A DNA stretch of 35,755 nt from Deltaproteobacteria bacterium. Lineage in GTDB: Bacteria; Desulfobacterota; Binatia; Binatales; Binataceae. Position numbers and translations under genes: made by a program. The notes below the pieces were generated by a model, which did no database searches, was not told where the DNA came from, and worked only from the letters and a program-made list of their open reading frames with translations. Within the stretch, counting starts at the first letter, position 1. Every line of letters begins with the position of its first letter. The stretch lies in contig JAJYMR010000264.1 of assembly GCA_021786815.1 (NCBI GenBank), forward strand, positions 1 to 35,755. The letters are read 5' to 3'. Shown piece after piece: positions 1-8,944 of the stretch.

Positions 1-117
1 CTTCGCCTTGAGCATGGGCAGAAAGACTTCCGGCACCGTCACTGCCAGTTGATCGCGAACCCACCTCTCCTTACCGGGTTTGGTCCGAATCAGGTACCAT
101 TGCGGCGTCGATGACAT
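1..117 (-). CDS. NusG-paralog transcription antiterminator (RfaH/UpxY/LoaP-like), N-terminal 39 aa, runs off the window
   Basis: Manual translation of the minus strand from ATG at 117 gives MSSTPQWYLIRTKPGKERWVRDQLAVTVPEVFLPMLKAK. WY..RTKP..E...EVFLP is the NGN-domain start typical of RfaH. GGAGG RBS 4 nt upstream. Not in the ORF track. Confidence 0.8.
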   Translation of the reverse strand, partial: MSSTPQWYLIRTKPGKERWVRDQLAVTVPEVFLPMLKAK

Positions 118-202
118 GATTCCTCCCCAAGATCACCGGAATGCGCGACGCCGATATTACATCGCAGGCACCGCGTTGACGCAAAACCGACGCACGGATA
201 AC

Positions 203-239
203 GGAAAGGCGGCTGCGCCATGCTACGCAACCGCCTTCC
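203..239 (-). terminator. Hairpin, probable intrinsic terminator after the outer-membrane protein gene
   Basis: Minus strand AAGGCGGTTGCG-tagcatgg-CGCAGCCGCCTT(TCC): 12-bp stem with one G-U pair, about 20 nt after the stop at 262; weak U-tract. Confidence 0.55.
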
Positions 240-261
240 AAATCAGGCATTTGCGAGCGCT

Positions 262-2145
262 TTAGATCTCGTACGTGAAGCTCGCTTCGATTTCGTTCAT
301 TGTCTGGTCGCGGCTGAAGGCGAACGGGTCGGTGTACCGGCCGCTCTGGCCCAGGTACCACGTCGCGTTCAATCCGAACAGCACGTTGCGCGAGTAACGA
401 TAGGTGTTGGTAATCGTGTAGTTGCCGACCTCGTCGTCGACATCCCATGAGAACACGTTACCCATCGTCAACTGCCCGTTCATCAGCCAGTTGGTCGCTG
501 CCAGGAAGAAAAAGTTGTTGTCCGGGCGAATCTTGCCGATGAAATTACCGAAGTAGGGAACTGCGTCGCCATACAGGGAGGGATACCAGGTGTTGACATA
601 CTGGAACGTGAGGAAGGTGTGTTGCTTGGAAATCCACGGAATGTAAGTCGGACGGTCGCCGGCGACGATGAATCGCGTCTCCTGAGTCCAGTTCCAGCTT
701 CCAAGTCCCAGTTGTGGGCCGCGCGTTTTCGGGTTGGCCAGGGAGACACCGACTCGCGGCGCATAGAGAAAGTCGTAGCGATAAACGACGTCGGTAAAAT
801 CCTTGTCGTAATATGTGCCGGTCGAGCCGAAGAAGGGGTTACGCTGGTAAGCCTGGGACAACAGTATTCGTTCGGTACCGACGACCGAACCAATCTTGGG
901 CTTGCCAAAGTCGAACTGGGTAAAGCTGGTGTAAATCCCGGGGTAGGCCTCCGTGAATCCGGCTGGCGTAGCGCACATAGTGCACAGACCCGGAGTGGAA
1001 AGGCGATCCTCGTACAGGAAAATGAAACTCGCCTGCAGCCCGTTCCCAATCGGAAGCAGCGACGAATAGCGGAATCCGAACTCGCTGTTCTGGATGGTGT
1101 TGGTGGGATACGGGGTTACCGAGAGGACGTTCTCCTGCAAGAAGACACCGGGGTTGAACAGGCTGACCGGAGCCCCGTTTGCGGTGACTAGAGCGAGCGG
1201 ATGCCACGGTTGGCTGGCGAACGTCCCCTCACCGACCGGCTGCCCGAACATACTGTACGTCGGGTTCCCACCCCCGCCCAGCGCTCCGGGGTAGATCCAT
1301 GGGCTGCGCGGGTCGGTGGTATTTACGATCGTTCCATCACCATACCAATCGCCCGGTATCCAGAAGAATTCCGCTTCATTGTTCGCGGTCTTCAGGAAGT
1401 CGGGGAGGATATAGTTGAACTTGATCATGTTGAGGTTTTCGCGCAGGTATTCCGGCGTCTCGAAATTATCCCAGTGATACATGAAGTTGACGCTGTTGGT
1501 GATTTCGGTGCCGGATAGCGCGTCCGCCTCGGTCCAGATGACCTCCTGTTTGCCCACGCGCATCGAGAAATTGTCAGTGAAGTTCAACTGCGCGTAGTAC
1601 TCGTGCAGGTTATTCTGGAAATACTCCTGTTGTAGGGTGTTCTGTGAGTATGGATACCAACCGAGATTGGACGGCACCACACCCATGCCTTTTATCGAGC
1701 CGAAGGCGTCGTACCACGGGCGATAGAAAGCGAAGAAGTCCGCGTCCTTCAGTATCAGCGTGTCGAACCGGCCGAAGAATTTGTAGTTTTTGACGAAGTG
1801 ATAATCGGGGCGAATATCACCGATCTGGCGGGCCTGAACCAGATCCCATCGGGTGAAGGCGAAGCTTCCGCCATTGCCATAACTCGCCGGGACTCCGGGA
1901 CTGATAACGACCTGGCTCGGAATTGCTCCCGTCGCAAGCGACTTGGATGGAACGCCGTTGTTTTTGAGGCTTGACTCGCCCCATCGGCCCGACCATCGCG
2001 ACTGAAAAAATCCGAATACTGAAAAATCGCCCTGCGTGATCGTGGCCATTGCGGCTGACGACCACATCATCGCCGTTCCCGCCACGGCGACTACCAGGAG
2101 ACTCCTCCACAAACCGCGAACCGTTCCCTCAGCTCTGTTAGCCAT
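262..2145 (-). CDS. Outer-membrane beta-barrel protein, DUF1302-like
   Basis: Signal peptide (..MMWSSAAMA), aromatic/Asn/Gly-rich body, 'RVGKQEVIW.EAD' motif typical of DUF1302-like porins, C-terminal beta-signal ASFTYEI. Start moved to ATG 2145 because of the GGGGAG RBS. Confidence 0.7.
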   Translation of the reverse strand: MANRAEGTVRGLWRSLLVVAVAGTAMMWSSAAMATITQGDFSVFGFFQSRWSGRWGESSLKNNGVPSKSLATGAIPSQVVISPGVPASYGNGGSFAFTRWDLVQARQIGDIRPDYHFVKNYKFFGRFDTLILKDADFFAFYRPWYDAFGSIKGMGVVPSNLGWYPYSQNTLQQEYFQNNLHEYYAQLNFTDNFSMRVGKQEVIWTEADALSGTEITNSVNFMYHWDNFETPEYLRENLNMIKFNYILPDFLKTANNEAEFFWIPGDWYGDGTIVNTTDPRSPWIYPGALGGGGNPTYSMFGQPVGEGTFASQPWHPLALVTANGAPVSLFNPGVFLQENVLSVTPYPTNTIQNSEFGFRYSSLLPIGNGLQASFIFLYEDRLSTPGLCTMCATPAGFTEAYPGIYTSFTQFDFGKPKIGSVVGTERILLSQAYQRNPFFGSTGTYYDKDFTDVVYRYDFLYAPRVGVSLANPKTRGPQLGLGSWNWTQETRFIVAGDRPTYIPWISKQHTFLTFQYVNTWYPSLYGDAVPYFGNFIGKIRPDNNFFFLAATNWLMNGQLTMGNVFSWDVDDEVGNYTITNTYRYSRNVLFGLNATWYLGQSGRYTDPFAFSRDQTMNEIEASFTYEI

Positions 2146-2168
2146 AGACTCCCCCAAGCCAGATGGAA

Positions 2169-2318
2169 CTTCCGTGGTTGGCCAAGAACCCCAAAACCCT
2201 GGCCTCCCCCGCTATGACGCTTGTGCGCCGCGCCCTCCCAGGCATCTTCCGCGGTTGGCCAAGAACCCAAACCCTGGCCTCGCCGCTATGACACCTGTGC
2301 GCCGCGCCCTCCCAAGCA
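2169..2318 (-). repeat. Tandem direct repeat, 2 copies of ~77 bp, in the 5' leader of the DUF1302-like gene
   Basis: cttccg(t/c)ggttggccaagaaccc(c)aaa(a)ccctggcctc..ccgctatgac(g/a)c(t/c)tgtgcgccgcgccctccca starts at 2169 and again at 2246. Confidence 0.9.
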
Positions 2319-2330
2319 CGTCACGGCGGC

Positions 2331-2360
2331 GAAATAGCACCCGCGCATACAGGATGTCAA
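2331..2360 (-). promoter_or_regulatory. Putative sigma70 promoter for the DUF1302-like gene
   Basis: Minus strand TTGACA (2360-2355), 18-bp spacer ending in TGc, then TATTTC (2336-2331); lies in an AT-rich patch just upstream of the tandem repeat. Confidence 0.55.
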
Positions 2361-2644
2361 CCATTCTAATTTTTGCTCTGTCGATAAGGCGCGCTTTTAC
2401 TTACGCAAGTTCAGGCTTCTCCTGTGATGGTTGGGCGGACCTAACCGGTGCATCCCGGCGGATGACCGTCCCGCGGCATTTCCGATGAGCAAACCCGAAC
2501 ACGGAGACCGGCCACCTGCGCCGTCGCGGCCTGTTGAAATGCGCATATGCGCGAAAGCACACGCGCAGAGGCGCTTCGGACACCTAGATTCAGGCGAGCG
2601 CGGGACCGCTCGGTGCGAAAACGGAGGGCCGATGCCTCAGGGCG

Positions 2645-3232
2645 CTAGTATTCGCTTGCGAGATCTTCGGCGAGCGCGTGTGCGAGGGCGCCCGATATTT
2701 CAGCTCTCACGGAGAGGTTCGGATGGTCCACCTCGATCGCGGCCTTGCCCGCCTCGGCCAGCGCCAGGAACGCATTAGCGTCGACTGCCGCGTCAAAGTG
2801 GATGAACTGAACTGAGCTTATTCGCTCGGTTGACATCTGCCGCGTGTCGAACCTGGCCGGAAACCTTCGGTCGCCGAGTTTCAACCACACGTGGTTCTCC
2901 AGTCCGACCAGCCGGCGAAGCGCCGCGTCGCGCTCGGCGGACTCGCCGAACTCAATAAGCATCGTGGCCGCGAATCCGCCCGCGCGCGGCAGCAGTTCGT
3001 TGTACGTGTCGATCTCGTGCTGCAGGGCCTCGGGCGCCGCGATCTTCTCGGCGCGCAACATCTCCTCGATCTGGTACCAGACCGTCCGTCCGTTCTCGAA
3101 CAGCAGCGTCAGATGCGCGCCGACCGCGAGCCTGCGCCGGTTTTTCTCATGGATGAACAGGGCGCGAAGGCGCGGCCGCACCATTTCCCATTGTTCGAAA
3201 GGAAGAATCTCGTCTCTGCTGACAGGTTTCAT
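2645..3232 (-). CDS. DUF3501 family protein
   Basis: 'RRLAVG.HLTLLFEN..TVWYQI.EMLRAE..E...YNELLP...ATMLIE' and 'SSVQFIHF' match the DUF3501 pattern; canonical position after rubrerythrin and Fe-S oxidoreductase. Confidence 0.85.
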   Translation of the reverse strand: MKPVSRDEILPFEQWEMVRPRLRALFIHEKNRRRLAVGAHLTLLFENGRTVWYQIEEMLRAEKIAAPEALQHEIDTYNELLPRAGGFAATMLIEFGESAERDAALRRLVGLENHVWLKLGDRRFPARFDTRQMSTERISSVQFIHFDAAVDANAFLALAEAGKAAIEVDHPNLSVRAEISGALAHALAEDLASEY

Positions 3233-3289
3233 CGTCAAATCCGTGTGCGGCTATCGACGCCAATTGCAACGGCGCGCGCAATCGTAAGA

Positions 3290-4633
3290 CTACTGGCCCT
3301 CTTGCTTGGGCGCTTCGGGCACCTTGTCGGGAAATCCGCCATCCTCGTAGGCGCGAGCCAGCACCTCGATGGGATGAAGCGGATGGGTGCCGGTGGCCTG
3401 TTCAATCTGGAGCGCCGAGAGCGGGCAATCGGTCGCCATCACCTTGCCCTCGGCGTTGCGCATCCCGTCAAAGGCTTTCGCGCCGCATTTCATCGAAAGC
3501 TCGAAGAACTCCTTCTTCATCGCCCACGTGCCGTCGTGCGCACTGCACGCGTCGACAGTGACGATCTCGGCACCGGGTATGAGACGCATCAGATCGCGCG
3601 AGCGAAAGCCGATTTGCTGGGCCTTCAAATGACACGGCACGTGGTAAGCCACTCTGCCCGGCGTGCTGCGGAAATCGCGGTTGAAAGCGCCGTCGCTCTT
3701 TAGCTTCCAGAGCATCTCGTGCACATCGACGATGGCCCCGGAAAATTCCCTGACTTCGTCACCGGCGAGCAGGCTCGGATACTCCAGGCGCATCGTGAGC
3801 GAGCAGGTCGGGTTGAGCACCGCGACCTTGTAGCCCTCGCGCACCATCGGCAGCATCGAGGCCACGTTGGCGCGCGCCTGCTCGCGCGCGAACTCAACGT
3901 TGCCGCTGTCGAGCGCGGGCATCCCGCAACAGTTCTGCTTCGGGCAGGCGATCGCGCATCGGTTCTTCGCAAGCACGCTCACCGCCGCACGTCCGGGGCT
4001 GGTGTTGTAAAAGTTCACAAAGCAGGTGGGAAACAGGATCACCTTTGCGGCGGGATTCTCTGGCGCCTTGGGCAGGCCCGTGCGCGCGACCCATTTTTCG
4101 AACGTTTCGGCCGCGAACTCGGGAAGCTTCTTGTCGCGATGAATCCCGAGCGTCATCTCCATGGCGACGCGCTGGAGCCGGATGCGCGAACCCAGGTTGG
4201 CAAGCGCGGGCGCGGCTGCGCCGAGCCGTCCGAGCATGTCCGGATTGCCGAGCAAACGCTCACGAAGCGGCACGCCCGACTCCTTCGCTTTCACCGCCCT
4301 GACGCGGGCCATCAGGCGCGGAAAATCGAGCTGAAATTCATGGCCGTCGCGCGGCGTGTAGGGGCATCGCACCTCGCACAGCTTGCATCCGTAACAAAGC
4401 TCGACGACCCGGTCCTTCTCGGCTGGCGTGAGCTTCAGAACGTCGCCGTCGTTGCGATCCACGGCCTCGAACAGCGCCGGAAACGACGGGCACATGTTAA
4501 AGCACAGCCGGCACCCGTGGCAGATGTCGAAGACACGGTCGATCTCCTTGGCGAGACCGGCGCGCTCCCAGTACTTCGGCTCGGTCGTGTTGTATGAGAG
4601 ACCGTCGGTCGGCCTCGACTCTATACGACTCAT
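3290..4633 (-). CDS. Fe-S oxidoreductase (GlpC/HdrD-like, 2x[4Fe-4S] plus CCG domains), rubrerythrin-associated
   Basis: CHGCRLCFNMC and CYGCKLCEVRC ferredoxin motifs, NCCG, PCH and TDCP Cys-rich domain motifs. Start set at MSRIES (GGAGA RBS). Confidence 0.9.
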   Translation of the reverse strand: MSRIESRPTDGLSYNTTEPKYWERAGLAKEIDRVFDICHGCRLCFNMCPSFPALFEAVDRNDGDVLKLTPAEKDRVVELCYGCKLCEVRCPYTPRDGHEFQLDFPRLMARVRAVKAKESGVPLRERLLGNPDMLGRLGAAAPALANLGSRIRLQRVAMEMTLGIHRDKKLPEFAAETFEKWVARTGLPKAPENPAAKVILFPTCFVNFYNTSPGRAAVSVLAKNRCAIACPKQNCCGMPALDSGNVEFAREQARANVASMLPMVREGYKVAVLNPTCSLTMRLEYPSLLAGDEVREFSGAIVDVHEMLWKLKSDGAFNRDFRSTPGRVAYHVPCHLKAQQIGFRSRDLMRLIPGAEIVTVDACSAHDGTWAMKKEFFELSMKCGAKAFDGMRNAEGKVMATDCPLSALQIEQATGTHPLHPIEVLARAYEDGGFPDKVPEAPKQEGQ

Positions 4634-4733
4634 CGGAATTGCCTTCTCCAGGGATGCGCCCGGGCGGCGCGGCGAGAAACGGACCCGGCAACATGCCATC
4701 GCATGTTCCGGCGCGGGCGAAAGCTTCAATCCG

Positions 4734-4762
4734 GGGCCGGCCGAAACTTGTCCGGCCGGCCC
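4734..4762 (-). terminator. GC-rich intercistronic hairpin after rubrerythrin
   Basis: GGGCCGGCCG(A)...(C)CGGCCGGCCC inverted repeat between the rbr stop and the Fe-S gene; no U-tract, so possibly an mRNA-stabilising element. Confidence 0.4.
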
Positions 4763-4783
4763 GCGACAAGGTTAATTCCGACC

Positions 4784-5203
4784 TTAACTTAGCGACTGTG
4801 CTGCCTTGGCGAAACGTCCCGCGTGCGACTTTTCGGCCTTGGCCAGCGTCTCGAACCAGTCCGCTATCTCGGGAAAGCCTTCCTCGCGCGCCGTCTTCGC
4901 CATCCCGGGATACATGTCGGTGTACTCGTAGGTTTCGCCGTGAACCGCCGATTTGAGGTTCAGCATGGTGTCGCCGATCGGCTGATCGGTCACCGGGTCA
5001 CCCACGCTCTTGAGATAGTCGAGATGGCCATGGGCGTGGCCGGTTTCGCCCTCCGCGGTATCGCGAAACAGGCCGGCAATTTCGGGCTGACCCTCGACGT
5101 CCGCAACCTTTGCGAAGTAGAGGTAGCGGCGGTTGGCCTGGCTTTCGCCCGCAAAGGCCTCCTTCAGGTTCTGGTGGGTTTTGGTTCCCTTGAGATTCTT
5201 CAT
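4784..5203 (-). CDS. rbr: Rubrerythrin, short form without rubredoxin domain
   Basis: [33 protein letters not shown] di-iron ligands; no C-terminal CxxC. Confidence 0.93.
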   Translation of the reverse strand: MKNLKGTKTHQNLKEAFAGESQANRRYLYFAKVADVEGQPEIAGLFRDTAEGETGHAHGHLDYLKSVGDPVTDQPIGDTMLNLKSAVHGETYEYTDMYPGMAKTAREEGFPEIADWFETLAKAEKSHAGRFAKAAQSLS

Positions 5204-5206
5204 TGA

Positions 5207-5758
5207 TCAAGCCTCCTCGCCTGTCCTGGACCTGGATTCTTCAGCCGATCCGCGGGTTGAGCCCCGCCTTTGCGTCGCCCGCCGCGTGCGGCCCCTGCCC
5301 GCGCATGCGGGGCAGAGCGCATGAATTTCGAGCGAACTTCCCAGCACCTTGAAATCCCCGATCTCCTTGCAAGCGTCAAGCAGAGCGCTTACGTCGGGAA
5401 TCTCCACGTCGCGAATCCGCCGGCACTTCACGCAGATCACATGATGATGCGGCGTGACGTTGCCGTCGTAGCGGGCACTGTCGTGCAGCATCGTCACCTT
5501 GCGCGCCTCGCCGATCTCGCACAGCGTATCGAGCGTGCGATGGACGGTGGCGAGCGAGATATGGGGATGCTCGCGGCGCACCATCTCGTAAATCACGTCG
5601 GCGCGGGGATGCTCAGCCGATGAAAGCAGCGCCCTGATTATCGCAAGCCGCTGCGGAGTGACCGCCAGCCCGCCCCTTCGGCATCGCTCGGCGAACTCGG
5701 CCAGACGGCGCGCGGCATAGCCGGCGCGGCGCCCCTCACTGACCAGCTGTAGTTCCAT
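5207..5758 (-). CDS. perR: Fur-family regulator, PerR-like
   Basis: TPQR, HP.A, SLATVHRTL, RYD..HHHVICVKC..IRD..CPAC. Asp rather than Glu ligands (RYD, IRD) is the PerR pattern; it heads a rubrerythrin operon. Confidence 0.8.
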   Translation of the reverse strand: MELQLVSEGRRAGYAARRLAEFAERCRRGGLAVTPQRLAIIRALLSSAEHPRADVIYEMVRREHPHISLATVHRTLDTLCEIGEARKVTMLHDSARYDGNVTPHHHVICVKCRRIRDVEIPDVSALLDACKEIGDFKVLGSSLEIHALCPACAGRGRTRRATQRRGSTRGSAEESRSRTGEEA

Positions 5759-5765
5759 CGTTTAG

Positions 5766-5782
5766 ATGATAATTACTATCAT
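5766..5782. promoter_or_regulatory. Fur/PerR-type operator (7-1-7 inverted repeat)
   Basis: ATGATAAT-T-ACTATCAT, one mismatch to TGATAAT-N-ATTATCA, 8-24 nt upstream of the perR ATG; TTGACG -35-like hexamer on the minus strand at 5802-5797. Confidence 0.75.
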
Positions 5783-5952
5783 TCGATTCCAGCTATCGTC
5801 AAGTACTTATATGCATCCGCGGCCGCCGCCCGCGCTTTGGCGACTGCGCCGAAATCGCGCGATGATGGGCGGTACCGGGCCGCATCGGCCGCGGCGCTCG
5901 CCGTCGCCCGGCCGAGACGGTTCGGCCAACGCTCGAGCGAGGGAGCACGCAC

Positions 5953-6762
5953 ATGATTCCAGTCGCATTGACTGTCGCGGGCTCGGATTCCAGCGGCGGC
6001 GCGGGAATCCAGGCCGACCTGAAGACCTTCGCCGCCTTCGGCGTGTTCGGCGCAAGCGCGATTACCGCGCTTACCGCGCAGAACACGCTCGGGGTGCGCG
6101 CTATCGCGAACCTCGAACCCGAGTTCATCGGCGCGCAGATAGACGCGGTATGTGACGACCTGGAGGTAAGCGCCGTAAAGACCGGAATGCTGTCGAACGC
6201 GGCGGCGATCGAAAAGGTCGCCGTGCACGTGCGCGCGCAGCGCCTTGCGAACCTCATCGTCGACCCCGTCATCGTTGCGGCAAGCGGTGACCGGCTTCTG
6301 GAGCATGACGCGATCACGATGCTCAAGTATGCGCTGTTCCCAGCGGCCACGCTCATCACTCCCAACATACGCGAGGCCGAGATTCTCGCCGGATGCGCGG
6401 TCAGAACCGCCGACGACATGCGCGAGGCGGCGCGGCGGTTGGTCACGATGGGCGCGCATTCGGTCCTGGTCACCGGCGGAGCGCTCGAGGGCGACGCGGT
6501 CGACGTGTTCTTCGACGGGCGCACGATGCGCGATTTTCGCGCGCCGCGGGTTGCGGTCGGACGCGCACATGGCGCGGGATGCACCCTGTCGGCCGCAATC
6601 GCGGCCTCGATGGCCCGCGGGCAGAATCTCGAGGATGCGATCGCGCTTGCCAAGCGGTACGTTACCCATGCACTCGAAACCGCGCCCGAGATAGGCCATG
6701 GCTCGCGCCCGCTCAACCATCTGGTCGGCTCGTTTCCGACCGATGTTGTAACGCCGCGATAG
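5953..6762 (+). CDS. thiD: Hydroxymethylpyrimidine/phosphomethylpyrimidine kinase
   Basis: [55 protein letters not shown]. Confidence 0.95.
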   Translation: MIPVALTVAGSDSSGGAGIQADLKTFAAFGVFGASAITALTAQNTLGVRAIANLEPEFIGAQIDAVCDDLEVSAVKTGMLSNAAAIEKVAVHVRAQRLANLIVDPVIVAASGDRLLEHDAITMLKYALFPAATLITPNIREAEILAGCAVRTADDMREAARRLVTMGAHSVLVTGGALEGDAVDVFFDGRTMRDFRAPRVAVGRAHGAGCTLSAAIAASMARGQNLEDAIALAKRYVTHALETAPEIGHGSRPLNHLVGSFPTDVVTPR

Positions 6763-6869
6763 GCTGCAGCAGGCTGCTCAGGCTGGCTTCCTCCGCTTGT
6801 TGCTCCTAGATTCTATCGGGCGCAAATAGTGATTTCGCGACGCACGGGGTGCGGAGGAGGTGTCACGCT

Positions 6870-8252
6870 TTGGAAGCCGCTCAGAAGAGGCTCCGGGATA
6901 TCGCTTCGACGGTGGATGTTGAAAAAGACGGCGCCGGCCGCAACCGCAAGCAACTTTTTCGGATGGAGGTCGCGCTCTGGCTTTTCGCATTCGTCGTCTT
7001 CCTGTTCTCGCCCGTTATCCAGATGACGGACTCGAAGTACTCGATGCTCACGGCGGAGAGTCTGCTTTATAATCACACCTTCGACCTGAGTTCTTACAAA
7101 ATCCGGCACTTCAAGCCCGACCTGCCGTTCAACACGATTCGCGGCCACAATGCCTATCAGCTCCAGATGACCAACGGGCACAAGGTTCTGTACTTCTTTT
7201 CGCTCGGGACATCAGTCCTGTCCGTGCCGGCGGTCGCGGCGGCAAACCTCTTCGGCATCTCAGCCGCGACCCCGGATGGCCGCTACAACCTGTTCGGCGC
7301 GATTATTATCCAAAGGACACTCGCGTCGTTCCTGATGGCGGTGCTGGCGTGGGTCTTCTTCCGCACCGCGTCGCTCCTGCTGAGCCCGGCGTGGAGCATG
7401 CTCGTTGCGGTGGGAGGCGCTTTCGGCACCCAGGTCTGGAGCACGGCGTCGCGCGGTATGTGGTCGCACACATGGGAAATACTGCTCGGCGGCATCGTGG
7501 CCTACATGCTGCTCAGCGGCGAGAAGAACGGCGCGCCGCTGCGTCCGATTCTGCTCGCGACGCTTCTGTCGTGGATGTTCTTCGTGCGGCCGACCGGCGC
7601 AGTCCCGATCTTTTTCGTCACCTTGTACGTTCTCCTCTTCCACACTCGTTCATTTGTCGCGTACGCGCTGACCGGCGCCTTCTGGCTCGCCGTCTTCATC
7701 TGGATTTGGGTGAGCACCTTCGGAACGCCGCTGCCGGTGTACTACGCGCCCACGCGCAACACCATATCGGTCTTTTGGATAGGACTTCTTTGCAACCTGG
7801 TGAGCCCCTCGCGCGGGCTGTTTGTCTATGTACCCGTCGTCGCCTTCGTTCTCTATCTCACGGCGCGTTACTGGCGCGCGATTCCGCATCGACGGCTGGC
7901 TGTCACTTCGCTCCTGACGATAGCCGTGCTCACCTTCACCTTCGCTACCCATCGGGTCTGGTGGAATGGGCAATGTTACGGGCCGCGTTTCTTTGCTGAC
8001 GCGCTCCCATGGTTCTATCTGCTGGCGGTGCTCGGCTGCGCGGCGATCCCCGAGGACCGGCGCACGCTCGGCTCGAACCCGATGCTCGGGGTCGGAGCCG
8101 TGCTGCTCGTGCTCAGTATCGGGATGAACGCCCGGGGAGCGCTGTCGTGGGACACGGCGGAATGGAATGGAACCCGGCCGCTTCAACTTCAGGAGCGCGT
8201 CTTCGATTGGTCGCAGCCGCAGTTCCTCGCCGGATGGGTCCGTGCGCATTAG
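6870..8252 (+). CDS. Polytopic membrane protein, GT-C-fold glycosyltransferase-like
   Basis: Many hydrophobic segments, conserved-looking Asp after TM1 (MTDSKY), VRPT, PSRGLF, WW.G.CYGPRF motifs. TTG start at 6870 chosen from the GGAGG RBS; the track start is 6849. Confidence 0.6.
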   Translation: MEAAQKRLRDIASTVDVEKDGAGRNRKQLFRMEVALWLFAFVVFLFSPVIQMTDSKYSMLTAESLLYNHTFDLSSYKIRHFKPDLPFNTIRGHNAYQLQMTNGHKVLYFFSLGTSVLSVPAVAAANLFGISAATPDGRYNLFGAIIIQRTLASFLMAVLAWVFFRTASLLLSPAWSMLVAVGGAFGTQVWSTASRGMWSHTWEILLGGIVAYMLLSGEKNGAPLRPILLATLLSWMFFVRPTGAVPIFFVTLYVLLFHTRSFVAYALTGAFWLAVFIWIWVSTFGTPLPVYYAPTRNTISVFWIGLLCNLVSPSRGLFVYVPVVAFVLYLTARYWRAIPHRRLAVTSLLTIAVLTFTFATHRVWWNGQCYGPRFFADALPWFYLLAVLGCAAIPEDRRTLGSNPMLGVGAVLLVLSIGMNARGALSWDTAEWNGTRPLQLQERVFDWSQPQFLAGWVRAH

Positions 8253-8312
8253 CTGCGTGAATGACGTGCGTCAACGCGAGGGCAGCGCGGGGCGCTTTAA
8301 GCGGGTCCAGCC

Positions 8313-8732
8313 GTGGCCCGGTTGCAGTGCGATAGTGTGAGGTGTCCCTTGGCCGCGGGCTGGAAGGAAAGCGAGATAATCCCGAATCTGTTCGTCGGCG
8401 ACCTTCAGGACGCGCAGAAGTTCGACGGCACGATAATCAGCGTGCTGCCGGATCTCCCCGAGGACGAGCCCTGGCAGGCACTGCATCTGCCGTTCATGGC
8501 CAACGGGATCGAATCGCTCGACGGCGCCGCCAAAATAATCGACGACGCTCTCGCTCTCGGCCAGTGCGTCCTGGTCCATTGCGAGGAGGGATGCGAGCGC
8601 GCACCGCTGGTGGTCGCGTGGTTCCTGAAAACGCGCCGCGCGATGACGCTCGACGAAGCCTACGCCCTGCTCCAAAGCCGGCGGCCGATGGTGCGCAACC
8701 GCGCCCGATGGCTGGGAAGCCACGGCCGCTGA
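8313..8732 (+). CDS. Small dual-specificity/PTP-fold phosphatase-like protein
   Basis: SEIIPNLFVGD N-terminal motif, VLVHCEEGCERA (CX5R), AYALLQSRRP; start uncertain (possibly TTG 8349). Confidence 0.75.
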   Translation: MARLQCDSVRCPLAAGWKESEIIPNLFVGDLQDAQKFDGTIISVLPDLPEDEPWQALHLPFMANGIESLDGAAKIIDDALALGQCVLVHCEEGCERAPLVVAWFLKTRRAMTLDEAYALLQSRRPMVRNRARWLGSHGR

Positions 8733-8944
8733 CTCCTTCCCGTTCGCATCGTTTCTCCGCCGCGCAAGCAAAACCCCAAATCGTCCCTTCGTGCAACTGC
8801 GCATGTCGCCAGGTGTATCCTTCGGACGCAGCCAAAATGCCGTAAGACGCGTCTTTGCGGCGCGTTTGCGCGGCAAAAGACAACCGGCTTGGCAATAAGC
8901 CGTTTACGTCCAAGGTTTCCGTAAATCCCGACCGCCAGGGCGGT

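Noticed and set aside
2169-2318. Tandem repeat as a CRISPR array
   Set aside because: Only two long, near-contiguous copies, no unique spacers and no cas genes.
2440-2520. Cobalamin-riboswitch-like fragments on the + strand (ACCGGTGCATCCCGG, GGAGACCGGCC)
   Set aside because: Core GGGAA, ACTGT, GCCACTG and GGGAAG elements are missing, and no + strand gene follows.
5830-5952. Possible TPP riboswitch upstream of thiD (GCCGAGA, AGCGAGGGAG)
   Set aside because: No CTGAGA, ACCC..CCTGA or TAAT core elements in the right order.
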